Shown here: positions 25,698 to 39,086 of the stretch, piece after piece | Layout of the letters: each line of letters begins with the position of its first letter | Numbering within the stretch: position 1 is the first letter of the stretch | From: Eledone cirrhosa | Lineage: Eukaryota | Assembly: GCA_964016885.1 (NCBI GenBank) | Contig: OZ024743.1 | Location: 183,024,001-183,088,000 of the forward strand | DNA: 64,000 nucleotides | Reading direction: 5' to 3' | Notes under the pieces: generated by a model | The model's input: the letters and a program-made list of their open reading frames with translations, nothing else | What the model was told of the DNA's origin: nothing | The model's database searches: none | Program-made: the position numbers and the translations under genes

Positions 25698-25735
<38 letters not shown>

Positions 25736-25737
25736 GA

Positions 25738-28037
25738 GTGTACTTCGCAAGAAAGCAAGCAGAGGAAAGAAAGTTCAAGCATGTTCTACAACGTGAGGAC
25801 CAAAAACATGAGGTGTTCAGGATTACTAGGCAATGTGTCAAGGAAAACAGTGATATTGTCGGGGAGAAGTGTGTACTTAACGATGACGGCGTACTTGCCA
25901 TCACCGACGCCGATAAGAAGGTAGCTTGGAAGTGTCACTATGAAAGGCTACTAAATGAGGAGAATAAATGGGAGAAAGACAGTCTCCCCCACATCGACCC
26001 AATAGAGGGACCAGCAGTTTTAGTCGAGGGTAGTATAATAAGTAAGGCAATCAAAGATATGAAGACAGGAAATAGTTGCCGAGATGCTGAAGGCATCTGG
26101 TACGGTGGGACACACCATGGTCACCCGGATAGTCAACCAAGTCATACAGAATGGGGTTGTTCCGAAGGACTGGCGTAGCAGCATCATCGTTAACTGTTAT
26201 AAGGGTAAAGGAGATGCCCTAGATAGGAGTAACTATAGAGGCATTAAATTAATCGACCAGGTCATGAAGGTCACGGAAAAAGTAATAGCGCAACTAATCA
26301 GAGAGCGAATTGATCAAGATGAAATGCAGTTCGGGTTTGTGTCAGGAAAAAGTACCACAGACGCTCTTTTCATTGTACGACAACTACAGGAGAAGTACCT
26401 AGCTAAAAGTAAACCCCTATACTTAGCTTTCGTCGACTTGGAGAAGGCCTTCGACAGAGTCCCCCGTTCCATTATCTGGTGGGCTCTTAGAAAACTAGGT
26501 GTTGATGAATGGCTTGTGAGAGCTATACAAGCCATGTATAAAGAAACAGTCAGCAAGGTTAGAATTAACAACGAATATAGTAAAAGTTGGTGTTCATCAG
26601 GGATCTGTTCTTAGCCCCCTACTATTTATTATTGCCCTCCAGGCTATAACAGTGGAGTTCAAGACCGGCTGCCCATGGGAACTCCTATACGCAGATGATC
26701 TAACGCTCATAGCTGAATCAATGGCCGAGCTAGAGAAGAAATTCCAAACATGGAAGCACGGCCTAGAATCAAAAGGCCTTAAAATTAACCTGGCTAAGAC
26801 TAAAGTTCTAGTTTGTAAGAAAGAAAATAAGGCGGCGGTCCCCTCCGGGAAGTGGCCATGCGCAGAGTGTAGGAAAGGCGTAGGTAGAAACTCCATTTTG
26901 TGTCCCAAATGCAAAGTTTGGGTGCATAAAAGATGTAGTGGTATCACAGGTAAGCTAACTAAGAACATAGATTTTACATGTAGCCGGTGTTCCGGCGCAA
27001 TAAGTAGCAGCAAGTGCCCACAAAATACTAGCTCTTTCAGCTGCGCAGAGGGTTCTATAGAAATAGTGGACAGCTTCCGTTACCTGGGTGACAAAATCAG
27101 CAGTGAGGGAGGGTGCTCTGAAAGTACAGTAGCTAGAGTCAGAACTGGGTGGAAAAAGTTCAGAGAGCTTATACCACTATTAGCCGCTAAAGGGTTCTCC
27201 CTAAAAATGAAAGGTAGGTTGTACGATGCCTGCATACGAACAGCAATGTTGCATGGCAGTGAGACCTGGGCATTGTGTGCAGAAGATATACGCAGACTAG
27301 AGAGAAACGAAGCTTGCATGCTCCGCTGGATGTGTAATAGTAATATACGTGAACGACAAAACATAAACGAACTAAGGAAAAAATTAGAAATAAGAGGGAT
27401 CAGATGTTGTCTACTCGAGATAAGGCTACGTTGGTATGGTCACGTAATGCGCATGAAGGACGATAGCTGTATAACAAAGTGCAGGGCAATAAAGATAGAC
27501 GGTAGCCACGGAATAGGCAGACCGAGAAAAACCTGGGATGAGCTGATAAACTCCGACCTCACACACTTACACCTTACCAAGACAATGTCACTGGACCGAG
27601 ACCTTTGGCGGTACTCAGTAATAGAGAAGACCCGCCTTACCTAAATACATAGTAAAACCTACTACAGCCAGTAGGCATCTCTAACAAAATACACCCCCGT
27701 CCCACCACCCACACCCCATCCACACCACCCCCTCCTATGTAAAGTTATGTTGGTGCCACAACATCCAGGCCGAAACAAATGAGATCGTGTAGGTGTCACA
27801 ACAAAAAAACACACAGTCCACGCTGTAATGTGGCCGTGTAGGCAACACGGTAAACACCTCCCAGACCCACACTGTAAATGTGGTTGGTGTTAGGAAGGGC
27901 ATCCAACTGTAGAAAACCTGCCAGACAGTCCTATGCGAGCAAGACAATCACTCTTGCCTCAAGTGGGAATACCCCCGTCCAAACCCATGCAAGCGTGGTA
28001 CACGGACGTTAAACGTTGATGATGATGATGATGATGA
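25738..28037 (+). mobile_element. RTE family A, 5'-truncated, with internal deletions
   Basis: ORFs 25738-26178, 26084-26614 and 26652-27644, followed by 3' UTR and (GAT)n. Confidence 0.95.
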
Positions 28038-28164
28038 TATATATTACCGTCATTACTGATACAAGATTACAAGATTATGTCAACTGTTGACTTTCAAGAG
28101 TTTGTATAGTTGAAGCCGATCGTATTACAGTCCAGTATTATTATAATTGCTTTACAGCATAGAG

Positions 28165-28265
28165 TTATGGCTCTCCACGCTCTGAGCTTAAATCCCGCCG
28201 AGGTCAACTTTGCCTTTCATCCCCATGGAGTCAACAAAAGAGAGTACCAGTGATGCGCTGGGCCA
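28165..28265 (+). mobile_element. SINE fragment (B-box remnant plus conserved central domain)
   Basis: gagcttaaatcccgccgaggtcaactttgcctttcatcc...gtaccag matches the reverse complement of 51300-51370. Confidence 0.7.
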
Positions 28266-28460
28266 GTCGCTGGATCCGGGCCAAAAGCAGAAAAATTATT
28301 ATTAAAGTTTTCTTAAGGCCCGGTCGCTCAAAATAACAAAACACACACACACACGCACACAACACAACAACAACATCAACTGCCACCACCACCGCCACCA
28401 CTGCCGCCATCACATACATACACACACACATATACATACATACATACATATATACACACA

Positions 28461-28547
<87 letters not shown>

Positions 28548-28549
<2 letters not shown>

Positions 28550-28853
28550 GGGTACAAGCTGAAGCATATAGACAATATGCCCCCACACCCCCCACTGCAA
28601 GGTGGTTGTGGAGGTGCCATGGCAAAAAAGCACCCAGCCCACACTGTAAAGTGGACGTGTAGGCGCCACGAAAAAGCACCCAGCACACACTGTAAATGAG
28701 GTTGGTGTTAGGAAGGGCATCCAGCTGTAGAAATCAAGCCAAATCAGTTCCCGTATGAGCAAGGCATGGTCAGCCGACCAGACACTGCCCACAACAGGAC
28801 AACCCGTCTAACCCATGCTAGCGTGGAAGAACGGAGGTAAAACGGTGATGATG
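28548..28853 (+). mobile_element. RTE family C 3' end fragment
   Basis: Reverse complement of 60100-60410. Confidence 0.9.
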
Positions 28854-29211
28854 ATATACACACACACACATACATATATATGTTTAGAATCAATGCCAGA
28901 GATCTCTAAGCCAGGTTGAGTTACATCTCACCAACAGATATTTCTAAACTAAACAAAGTACAATAGATATGTAATTATCATGGCACCAACACTAGGGGGT
29001 TGTCATGTCATTGACATAATTAAAGTATTCAATATATATATATATTGATATATATAAAAAATTTGGGACCCTCACAGCTGAGCTTCGGCTGTTTCAACAG
29101 CTAGATCTGAACTGAATCACCAGTATTTGGGTGGCAGGACCTATATACATTTATATATGCTAATGTGGGAAATGGACATTAAATAGTGATGATATATATA
29201 TACATAAATGT

Positions 29212-29266
<55 letters not shown>

Positions 29267-29568
29267 CTATACATACATACATATATATATATATATACAC
29301 ACATACATATGCATAATGGTGGTTGAATAATAATCATAATAGTGATTTTGGCATTCATTATTGCTATGTGAATTCAAAATTGAGTGTAATTTTATACTAA
29401 CATTTGTTTTGTATTGACATAAGTTGCAGAGTGTTTATATCAGTTGTAATTTATCAGTTTTTATTTATATAATCACGTAACACATGTTTCATTAACAACC
29501 CAGGAACACATGTTCCATTAACAGCCCAGGACCACATGCAGTTATGCAATACTTAGAGAAGCAATGTA

Positions 29569-29789
29569 CAGGGCGAGCATAACGTCTTTGAAACCACAAA
29601 ACAGCTTTTTGTTTCATAGATGTCATTTTCTTACTGAAAATTAAAACTACTTGTAGAAGAGAAAATGTAAAATATGTTCAGAAAAACTTTAAACTTGTAA
29701 TGTATAAATTAAAACAATGAAAAAGTAAAATCTGAAATTGTATCGGAGATATGGTATTTTATAATGAGGGAGTCTTTATACTTACCCTG
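29569..29789. mobile_element. Tc1/mariner-type MITE, about 220 bp
   Basis: TA|cagggcgagcataacgtct ... agtctttatacttaccctg|TA gives imperfect TIRs with a TA target. Confidence 0.6.
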
Positions 29790-30177
29790 TATAATTGCAT
29801 GAGGTCTTGAGTTGTTAATTTGTGAAACATGTGTTACATGAGTACAAAGAAAAATCGGAGAAATTTAAACTTCAATTTTTTATTTCTTTTATATATTTAT
29901 ATACATACATTCACATATACACATATACACATGATTTTAAATATATACATACATTCATATAGACACATAATTTTATATTATATACATACATTCATATATA
30001 CACATCATTTTATACATATACATACATTTATATATACACATAATTTTATATATATATACATACATTCATATATACACATCATTTTATACATATACATACA
30101 TTCATATATACACATCATTTTATATATATATATATATACATACATTCAGATATACACACACATATATATATGTGTGT

Positions 30178-30306
30178 ATGTAAAAGGTAAACAGAAATAA
30201 CAACACAATCGGTACAGAATATGGAAGGGATATATTAGGTTAATGCTTGATATAGCAGGAAGAGGGTCTTAATGTTTCGGATGCTAATCCTTCATTAGAA
30301 GAAATA
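30178..30306 (-). mobile_element. Short hammerhead-bearing repeat, same family as 39043-39175; core mutated to CTAATGA
   Basis: About 130 bp of reverse-complement similarity. Stem II reads ggat/atcc here and ggac/gtcc in the other copy. Confidence 0.8.
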
Positions 30307-30479
30307 ATAAGAAATAAGATAGATTGAGGGAACGGGTGGGTTGGAATTGGGAAAAATGTCTTTAGATAAAAATAACAGGTCCATTCATGTTGATATAGTA
30401 GAATGGAACTGGTGGAGAAAAGATTTGAGATTGGGCATATTGAAGGTGCTAGGGTATATATACATATATATATATACAT

Positions 30480-33400
30480 ATCATCATTTAACGTCCATCT
30501 TCCATGCTTGCATGGGTTAGACGGCTTTGTTCTACTTGATGTGGGATTGGTCAGGAGACTGTGTCTTGCTCGTACAGAACTGTCTGTGGCAGGTTTTCTA
30601 TGGCTGTATGCCCTTCCTAACACCAACCACATTTACAGTGTGGACTGGATGTTTTTTGTTGTGTCACTGACACAGTGGATGAAAATGGGAAGATGGGGTA
30701 GGGTGTGTATGTGCGGGTGGGTGGGGGGTTGTATATTGGGTTACGAGGTGCCTACTGACTTTAGGTTTAAGTTTGTATGCAAGGTAAGAAGGCAGGTCTT
30801 CTGTATAACTGAATAGCGCCCAATATTTCGATCCAGTGACATTGTCTTAGAGAGGTGTAAGTGAGTAAGGTCAGTTTTTATCACCCCGTAGCTTCCATCT
30901 ATTTTGATTGCTCTGCACTTTTTTACACAGCTGTTGTCCTTCATACGCATCACATGGCCATACCAATGCAATCTCCGCTCCAGAACACATTTGATACCGC
31001 TAATGCTTAGTCTCTCTCTCAATTTCTTTATGCTTTGCTGTTTGCGTACATTACTATTACACACCCATCGGAGCATGCAAGCTTCATTTCTTTCTAATCT
31101 ACGCAAGTCTTCAGCACACAATGCCCAAGTCTCACTCCTATGTAATATTGCCATTTGTATACAAGCATCATACAATCTGCCTTTCACTTTTAGAGAAAAA
31201 CCCCTTGTGGCCAACAGCGGTATTAGCTCTCTGAACCTTTTCTATCCCATTCTAACTCTGGCTACTGTTCTTTCAGAGCACCCTCCACCACTACTGATTT
31301 TGTCACCCAGGTAATAGAAAGTGTCCACTATTTCTATAGCACCATCTGGGCAGTAGAAGGAGCTAGTATCCTGTGGGCACTTGCTACTTATTGCACCTGA
31401 GCTTCGATCACATATAAAATCTACATTCTTAGATAGCTTGCCTGTGATCTCACTACATCTTTTATGCACCCATAGTTTGCATTTGAGGCATAGAATGAAT
31501 TTCTACCTACACATTGAGCATGTCCATTTTACAGAGGGCACCTTTAGTCTTAGACAAGTTATCTTTAAGGCCTTTTGATTCTAGGCCATGCTTCCATGTT
31601 TAGAATTTCTTCTCTAGTTCAGTCATAGATTCAGCTATGAGAGTTAGATCATCTGCATATAGAAGTTTCCATGGGCAGCTGGTCTTAAACTCTTCTGTTA
31701 TAGCCTGTAGGGCAATAATAAACAGGAGGGCGCTAAGGATAGAGCCTTGATGAACACCTACTTTTATGCTAAATTCTTCACTATATTCATTGTTAATTCT
31801 AATCTTGCTGACTGTTCCTCTATACATGGCTTGTATAGCTCTCACAAGCCATTCATCTACTCCTAGTTTTCTAAGGGCCCACCAGATAATGGAGTGGGGG
31901 GACTCTGTCAAAGGCTTTCTCCAAATCAATAAAAGCTAAGTAGAAGGGTTTACTTTTAGCTAGGTACTTCTCCTGTAGTTGCCGTACAAGGAAAAGAGCA
32001 TCCGTGGTACTTTTACCTGGCACAAACCCAAACTGCATTTCATCTAGATCAATTCGGTCTCTAATTAGTTGTGCAATAACTCTTTCTGTGACCTTCATGA
32101 CTTGGTCAACTAACTTAATGCTTCTATAGTTTTCTCTATCTAGAGCGTCCTCTTTGCCCTTGTAGCAGTTAACGATGATGCTGCTACGCTAATCATTTGG
32201 TATGACCCCATTCTGTATTACTTGGTTAACTATCCGAGTGACCATAGTATGTTCCACCATTCCAGATGCTTTCAATATCCCAGCAACTATCTCCGAAGGC
32301 CCAGCCTGCCTTGCCTGTCTTCATATCTTTGATTGCCTTACTTATTATACTACCTTCAACTTGCACCGCTGGTCCCTCTATTGGATCGATTTGGGGCAGA
32401 CGATCTGTTTCCCATTTATTCTCCTCATTTAGTAGTCTCTTGTAGTGACACTTCCAAGCTACCTTCTTATCAGTATCAGTGAGGGCAAGTACACCATTAT
32501 CATTATGGACACACTTCTCCCCAACAATATCACAGTTTTCCTTACACATTGTCTTGCAATCCTGAACACCTCACGCTTTTGGTCCTCGCGTTGCAGAACA
32601 TGCTTGAACTTTCTATCCTCTGCTTCCCTTCTTGCAAAGTACACTTGTCACCCAGCTTCTCTCCTAGCCACCTGATAGTGTTCTCTACTTCTCCCATCAC
32701 GCCATTCTTTCCTAGCCTGATTTTTGGCTTTGATTGTCTCCTCCACCAAGTTACTCTCCTCCTACCTATAGGGCTGCTCCAGCCACAGATTTCATTTGTC
32801 GCCTTCAGCAGGTTAACTTTCAGGAATTCCCACTACTCCTCCATATTGTACGTCTCTAATTGCTCTTCCTTACTGTCAAAAGCAATATGCTCTTAAATTT
32901 GTTACTGGCTGTGAGGTCCTTCAACTTCCATATTCTTCTCCTCAAGGTAGTCCTCTGTCGTCGAGTATGTCTAGTCCTGACTATGAGGTCACTAACTATT
33001 AGTCTACGTTGGGATGTGCATTCTTCACGAGGGAGGGACTTAGTGTTTACAACAGACACTCTGTCACATCTTCTAGTAAGGATAAAATCTATCTGGCTGG
33101 TGTGTTCCCCTGATCTATAGGTGATCAAGTGATTGTCTCGTTTTTTGAAGTTTATGTTACATATAGTTAGGTTATTAGCATCACAGAATTCCAGGATCCT
33201 GAAGCCTTCCTCATTTCTAGTATCAAACCCATAGCCTCCATGGATTCCGTCATAGCCATCACAATGTTGTCCAACATGACCATTAAGGTCGCCAGCAATA
33301 ATTACGTAATCACTGTTGGTTATTTGGGAGGTAGTGAGCATTAGCGACTCATAGAACCTGACTTTTATAACATTAGGTAGGCCAGATTGGGGTGCATAAG

Positions 33401-34300
33401 CAGATATTATTGGCACAGTTGTTCTATTTAGAACTAGTCTTATTTTAATTATTCTGTCATTCATTCTATTTACGGCAATTACCTTATGTACACATTTTTC
33501 AGCTAACATAATTCCTACACCACTCAGTCCATTGTCATTTCCCATCCAGAAAAGTTTATAGCATCGTTTTTTACCCACAATGAATCTAGCAGACCCACCT
33601 CTCCACCTAGTCTCTTGGACGCAACAGACATCAACTTCCTTACGTTCAAGCATCTCTACAACTCATTTGAACGACCTTTCAATGTGTCTACATTCATGGT
33701 ACCAACTCTGAAGTTTTGGATTTCGCTGGGTGGGTGGAAGGGATGGGTTGGGGGTGCAGGTGACGGAATTATGTTGGTCTTCCATGTCTGAAATAAAGAG
33801 GAGTGCTTGCATTCTCGTCCGGCACCGGGAGGTGAATTTAACTTTATCTTTGACATCATTGAGTGCTCAGACTCTTGAATTCATTTAGTCCATTTAGCAT
33901 ACTGAAAACAACCAGGTCTAAACTTAAGGAGTAGTAGCCAAAGCGGTGGCTTCGCAATAGAGATTTATGTTAGAAACCTTACTATAAACTGCTGAGTTTT
34001 GATTGGATCAAATAACAATGCTGGTGGGTGGGAGGGAAATGGGTAACTTTAGGAGATGTAAGCATATGACGTGTGAGAGATAATAAATAATAACACAAAA
34101 AGGTATGGACAGAACAAAGTTCCAAGAGAGAAAAGTTAGATTCTAGAAGGGTCTGATAATATAGAATTTAATGGTTTAACAACAATATCTACAATACGTA
34201 ATTCTGAGACAATAGAACAGTCTAAATATTGATGGCCAGAAGGACTACGAAAGGAGAGACGAGAAAATTGAAGAGCTTACATTTCTGATTCAACAATTCA
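30480..34300 (-). mobile_element. Older decayed full-length RTE related to family A
   Basis: Fragmented APE (32856-33653) and RT ORFs (30741-32644), an (ATC)n tail at 30480, and 5' UTR homology to 17280-17700. Confidence 0.92.
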
Positions 34301-34357
34301 TCAGTAAAGTTAGATAAATTATGGCTTAGTTCCCTACAAAGTTTATTTTATATTTGC

Positions 34358-34650
34358 ACACGAAAGATGACAGCTGTATAAAAAAGTGCAGGGCGATTAA
34401 AATTGATGGATGTTACGGAGTAGGTAGACCCAGAAAAACCTGGGACGACATGATAAAATCTGACCTTGCATACTTACACCTCTCTAAGACAGTGTCACTG
34501 GATTGAAACCTTTGGCGCATTGCAGTAATACAGAAGACCCACCTACATACAAAGTTAGACCTACAGTCAGTAGGCACCTCTTAACCAAATATACACCCCA
34601 ACCCACAAAAGCTTCTTTTTGTTATGATAATGGTGATGATGATGATGATG
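34358..34650 (+). mobile_element. RTE family A-like 3' fragment
   Basis: Encodes KDDSCIKKCRAIKIDG..GVGRPRKTWD and has a (GAT)n tail. Confidence 0.85.
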
Positions 34651-35507
34651 TGTATGATTAAAACACATATGTTGAAAATATATTCCAGTGTATAAAAGAT
34701 ATTTGTAAATTTACAACATAAACTCAGTGTAAAATTAAAATTAGATCTCTAACTCCAAGTTGTTATAAATCAAGGTGAACCAGTAAATGTCTAAATCTGA
34801 GATGGGAAACTCTGTTTTCCTCTACAGCTCATTTAATTACATTTCAGCTATATCAATGTTTTAAACTTATCAATATACTTTGTTATACTGAACTAATATT
34901 TTTCTTATTTATTCCAATTCAGTGTTTTTAAAGTTTAATGTAATTTTGATTCAAGCAAAATTTCTTAATATCAACCTCAAATTTATTCCAATCATCACCA
35001 ATCTTCATTTTGGTAGGAAAACAAAACAAAACAAAGGCCTGGGATCAAAATGTAGGATGATTTTTTCCTTTCTTAGTAAATCAAATCTTAAAAGGCACCA
35101 AAGTGGACAATTAATTGTCAGACCAAAGAACCGATAGTTCTACTTTGAATATAATTCTATACTAAAAACATAGTTTACTGATAGCTCTACCCTGAGTATA
35201 ATTCTATACTAAAACAGTTTCCTATAGATTATCACTATTATTATTATACCTGTGTCTTCAAACATTTAGCATATTTCTTATAGTTCTGTGCCAATCTTTC
35301 TTTAGTATTGCAAATTTTATCCTTAAGCTGGTCATAGCCATTTGGTATTATATTCTATTTAGTGATTATAACATGAATTGTTATCTCTCTACAGTTCCAT
35401 AGATTTTTTAGTTGCTATTTTTAGATTCTGGTAATTATCTTCTCATTTACCTTAGCATTGAACAGGCTAAACCTATTAATTTAAACATTCTTGTATCTTT
35501 CTCAAGT

Positions 35508-35985
35508 ATCATCATCATCATAATCATATTTACATCTGTTTTTCTATGTTTGCATGGGCTGGATGGGTTCCTTTCAGCCCAGCATCTCTTCACTCATCAC
35601 GATCCTTTGTCATCTCCTCTGCGAGTTTCAACGATTTGAGATCAGCTTTCACCACCTTTGTCCAGGTCTTTCTAGGTCTACCTCTACTGCAGCTTCCTTA
35701 CACTGGAATTTCCTGGTACTTCTTCACTCATCATTCATCATCCATGCGCATCACATGTCCATACCAATGCAGTCTCCTCTCTTACACACCACTTCAGATT
35801 CCTCTTCAACACAATTTCTCTCTCATATTTACACTGCACATCCAACAAAATATGACTGCTTCATTTTTCTCCTGTCTATACATGTCCTCAGCAGCCACAA
35901 CCCATGTTTCACTACCATACAGCATCACACTTCACACATAGGCATCATACAGCCATCCTGTTGTACTCAGGGAGAAACCTTTTTT
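35508..35985 (-). mobile_element. Decayed RTE family B 3' fragment
   Basis: Reverse-complement similarity to 10430-11020 (ccatgcgcatcacatgtccatacc; ccatgtttcactaccatacagcat). Confidence 0.8.
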
Positions 35986-36692
35986 ACATTGGTTATAACT
36001 GATGCAATTTTGTTTTGTCTCCAACATTTCTACCGTTTCTGCACCAAGTTTTTATACTCTGATACTAAGTGGCTTACAGTCTTATTATTATTAACAATTT
36101 ACATTGCCAAAGACTGTGTGAGGATATTTTCACACTACATTCTTACAATTAACATTAACCATTTCTCTCGGAATCTTTGCCTGACTATTTTTTGGTGAAA
36201 TCAACCCAAACATTTTAAAGCTGAAAGGGTAAACCCTTTTGATACTAAACCTCTGCCCCATTCTATGATACAAGACCTTCGATCATAATTTTATGTAAAA
36301 ACACCTAAGTTATTTTCAAAACATCAGCTTAATAATGATATAGTTAGCTATTTTACTAAATCACTCAAAATTCTTGATTATTTTTGTAATTATTTGAAAT
36401 ATTAGAAATAGAGTAAAAAAAAAAAAAGAATAGTATATTTTTCCTGTGAGAATAAAAAAGTTCTTGTGAGAAGTGTGAAATACCTGAAGCATCTGAAAGA
36501 AATGGAAACAAAATATAAAAATTTATTTCTAAGGAGTTTGTAAATTCTACTTTTAAACTCATAGCAGCAGAAATAATGGATCCAAAAGTAGATTAAGCAG
36601 TTTGATGACATTCAAATATACACATTCTTTTACATTTTAATTTAATGTTAAGAGTGACACTTTGTATGTGTGTGTGTGTATATATATACATT

Positions 36693-36726
<34 letters not shown>

Positions 36727-36919
36727 ACACATATACATATAAATATTCATACATATATTCATATAAATATACATACTCATATATATACATACATGCATAT
36801 ATATATATATATATACATATCGAACTTGTCAAATCGGACCGAGGAAGCAATGTTTCCATTGGTCTTTCCAATTGCTAATACTATCTACCGCTCGCAAATT
36901 CAGGCAGAAGGAGCAACAT

Positions 36920-37012
36920 GAAATAAAGGACATAACGCATTGCCTGGTCTGGGAATTGAACTCACAACCTCAAGATTGCAAATCTAATTATCTAACCACT
37001 CAGCCACATACC
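36920..37012 (-). mobile_element. Decayed tRNA-derived SINE head
   Basis: The minus strand reads tggctgagtggttag...gaggttgtgagttcaattcccagacc, similar to 54326-54400. Confidence 0.7.
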
Positions 37013-38035
37013 TTAACTACATATATATATATATACATACACATATCAAATGTAAGTGAAACAATTGTAACCAAATAAATATTTTTTCAAGAATTTTGGT
37101 TGTTTATTTTCCTACTATAATTTTTTATATATACACATATAAATACATATATATATGTATATACATAAAGGGTAAAAAACCCCATGCACCTAGAGGCACA
37201 AATCTAGCAAGATTGTTTGCAGAAGACCAGCAGTTGCCCATGCATACTAGTCTCCCCTTTTCAGGAAGGAAGAAATGCTTGATCAGATCTGATAATACAG
37301 GCAGTCTGATAGTGTTGAGTAATAATACAGACATCAGATCTGATGTCAGATATATATATATATATATATACATACATACATACACACATGTGTATGTGTG
37401 TCAGTCCTAGAACTCATTGGGCCATAGAAGCAGAATTCAAAGATTGTCTTCATCCAAAATTCTGTTTTCAAGTGAAAATGATGCAAAGATTTGACCCCTG
37501 CTAGGTAAGTTAACAGCCACTTTCTGTGGTACTTGTAACTTATTTATTTAAACAATTTAAACGTCCACATAGAGCCAGTAAGCCATGACAGACAAGGAGA
37601 GGTATTTTATACCTCTTAAAAAACAACAAAAGACAGAAAAAAGACAAAAAAAAGCAAAAAGATGAAAAAGGAGAGTTACAGAGAAGTGAATAGGGTTGTT
37701 TAAAAGATACGTAAGTGTCTAAATGATGGACAAAGCAGAGTACTGGTGTCAGAATGTTTAATTTAACACACAGTCCTTTGATTAGCTCTGGTTTTCATGA
37801 GGTAGCACCAACATTAAATAAGTTTTGTTTTTCAATTGAAAAATTTAATTTTAACCTGAGTTTTGAGCTGATGAACCAACTCACTATGAAGTGACTCAGT
37901 ATGAACTGACTCAGATGAAGTGAAGCTGAATTAAAGTAAAATTTATCATTCCATCTGTAAATATAATTACAACAACTAACAAATATCGACCTTATGGTCT
38001 ATGTTCAACATGATTCAAGAGATAATTTATGTGCA

Positions 38036-38074
<39 letters not shown>

Positions 38075-38075
<1 letters not shown>

Positions 38076-38259
38076 TGGGGTGCTGAAAAATTCCTGGCTT
38101 AAAGGTATGGCAAAACCATAGAGCTGTTACCTTTACAGGGGAGGTAGGATCACTGCGATAAGTGTGAATCCGAGAGGGGAATATGTTGAATAAAATCATA
38201 ATTAACTGATCCTCCTATAATTTCTTTTACCCAAAGCTAGGAACATTTCAGCAATCCAG
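38075..38259. mobile_element. Mariner-type MITE, about 185 bp
   Basis: TA|ctggggtgctgaaaaattcctggctt ... aagctaggaacatttcagcaatccag|TA gives about 26-bp TIRs inside (TA)n. Confidence 0.75.
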
Positions 38260-38428
38260 TATATATAATATATATAATAATAAGAAGTTGACAGAACTAG
38301 CATAAGTTTTCCTGCTAATACTGGTTGCATCTCAGTGTACTCAACAGGTAAGGTTATGTAAAAATCCCAGAATAGACACAAAGTTAATTGCTTCAATACA
38401 ACAGATGCAAATGGGTACCATAAATCTA

Positions 38429-38543
38429 TACCCGTACTCGAGTCTCGGCCACACTTAATGCAAGAAGAGAGCATACAGCATCTACTGTCTGCATTTATTA
38501 TGCAACAATGTGCAATGGCCGCATGTGGCTCCATCAGCAGGTC
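38429..38543 (-). ncRNA. Decayed hammerhead-like motif with a long stem II insert
   Basis: The minus strand reads acctg CTGATGG agccaca...tgtggcc GAGA ctcgag TA cgggt, with two core changes. Confidence 0.4.
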
Positions 38544-39050
38544 TCGGCTAATCAATAACCAACCGAGTGATAGAATTCGATTTCAGTCAGTGCTGCCTAT
38601 GGCAGTGAATATATAATAAATAATATTACACAATATATATAATATATATACATATATAAAATATAATATATATACATTTATAAAATATAATATATATACA
38701 TTTATAATATATAATATATATACATATATAATATATAATATATATACATTTATAATATATAATATATATACATATATAATATAATATATACATATAATAT
38801 AATATATACATATAATATAATATATACATATATAATATAATATATACATATATAATATATACACATATAATATATACACATAATATATACATATAATATA
38901 TACATAATATATATAAATTAATATGTAATATATATATATACAGAAGTAGTTCCACAACAGTTAATTCCCCATTTCTGAGAACAATTGTTTCACCTTATTC
39001 AGATCATATAAAATATATATAATATAACATAATATATATTTCTCATTCTT

Positions 39051-39086
39051 TCTTCTGATGAAGGACTAGCGTCCGAAACGTTAAGA
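39051..39086 (+). ncRNA. Minimal type I hammerhead ribozyme within repeat 39043-39175
   Basis: tctt CTGATGA a ggac tagc gtcc GAAA cg TT aaga: 4-bp stem I, 4-bp stem II and palindromic ACGT. Confidence 0.75.

Noticed and set aside
35985-36420. Possible decayed piggyBac-like MITEs around aaagggtaaacccttt
   Set aside because: Matching opposite ends and TTAA targets could not be confirmed.
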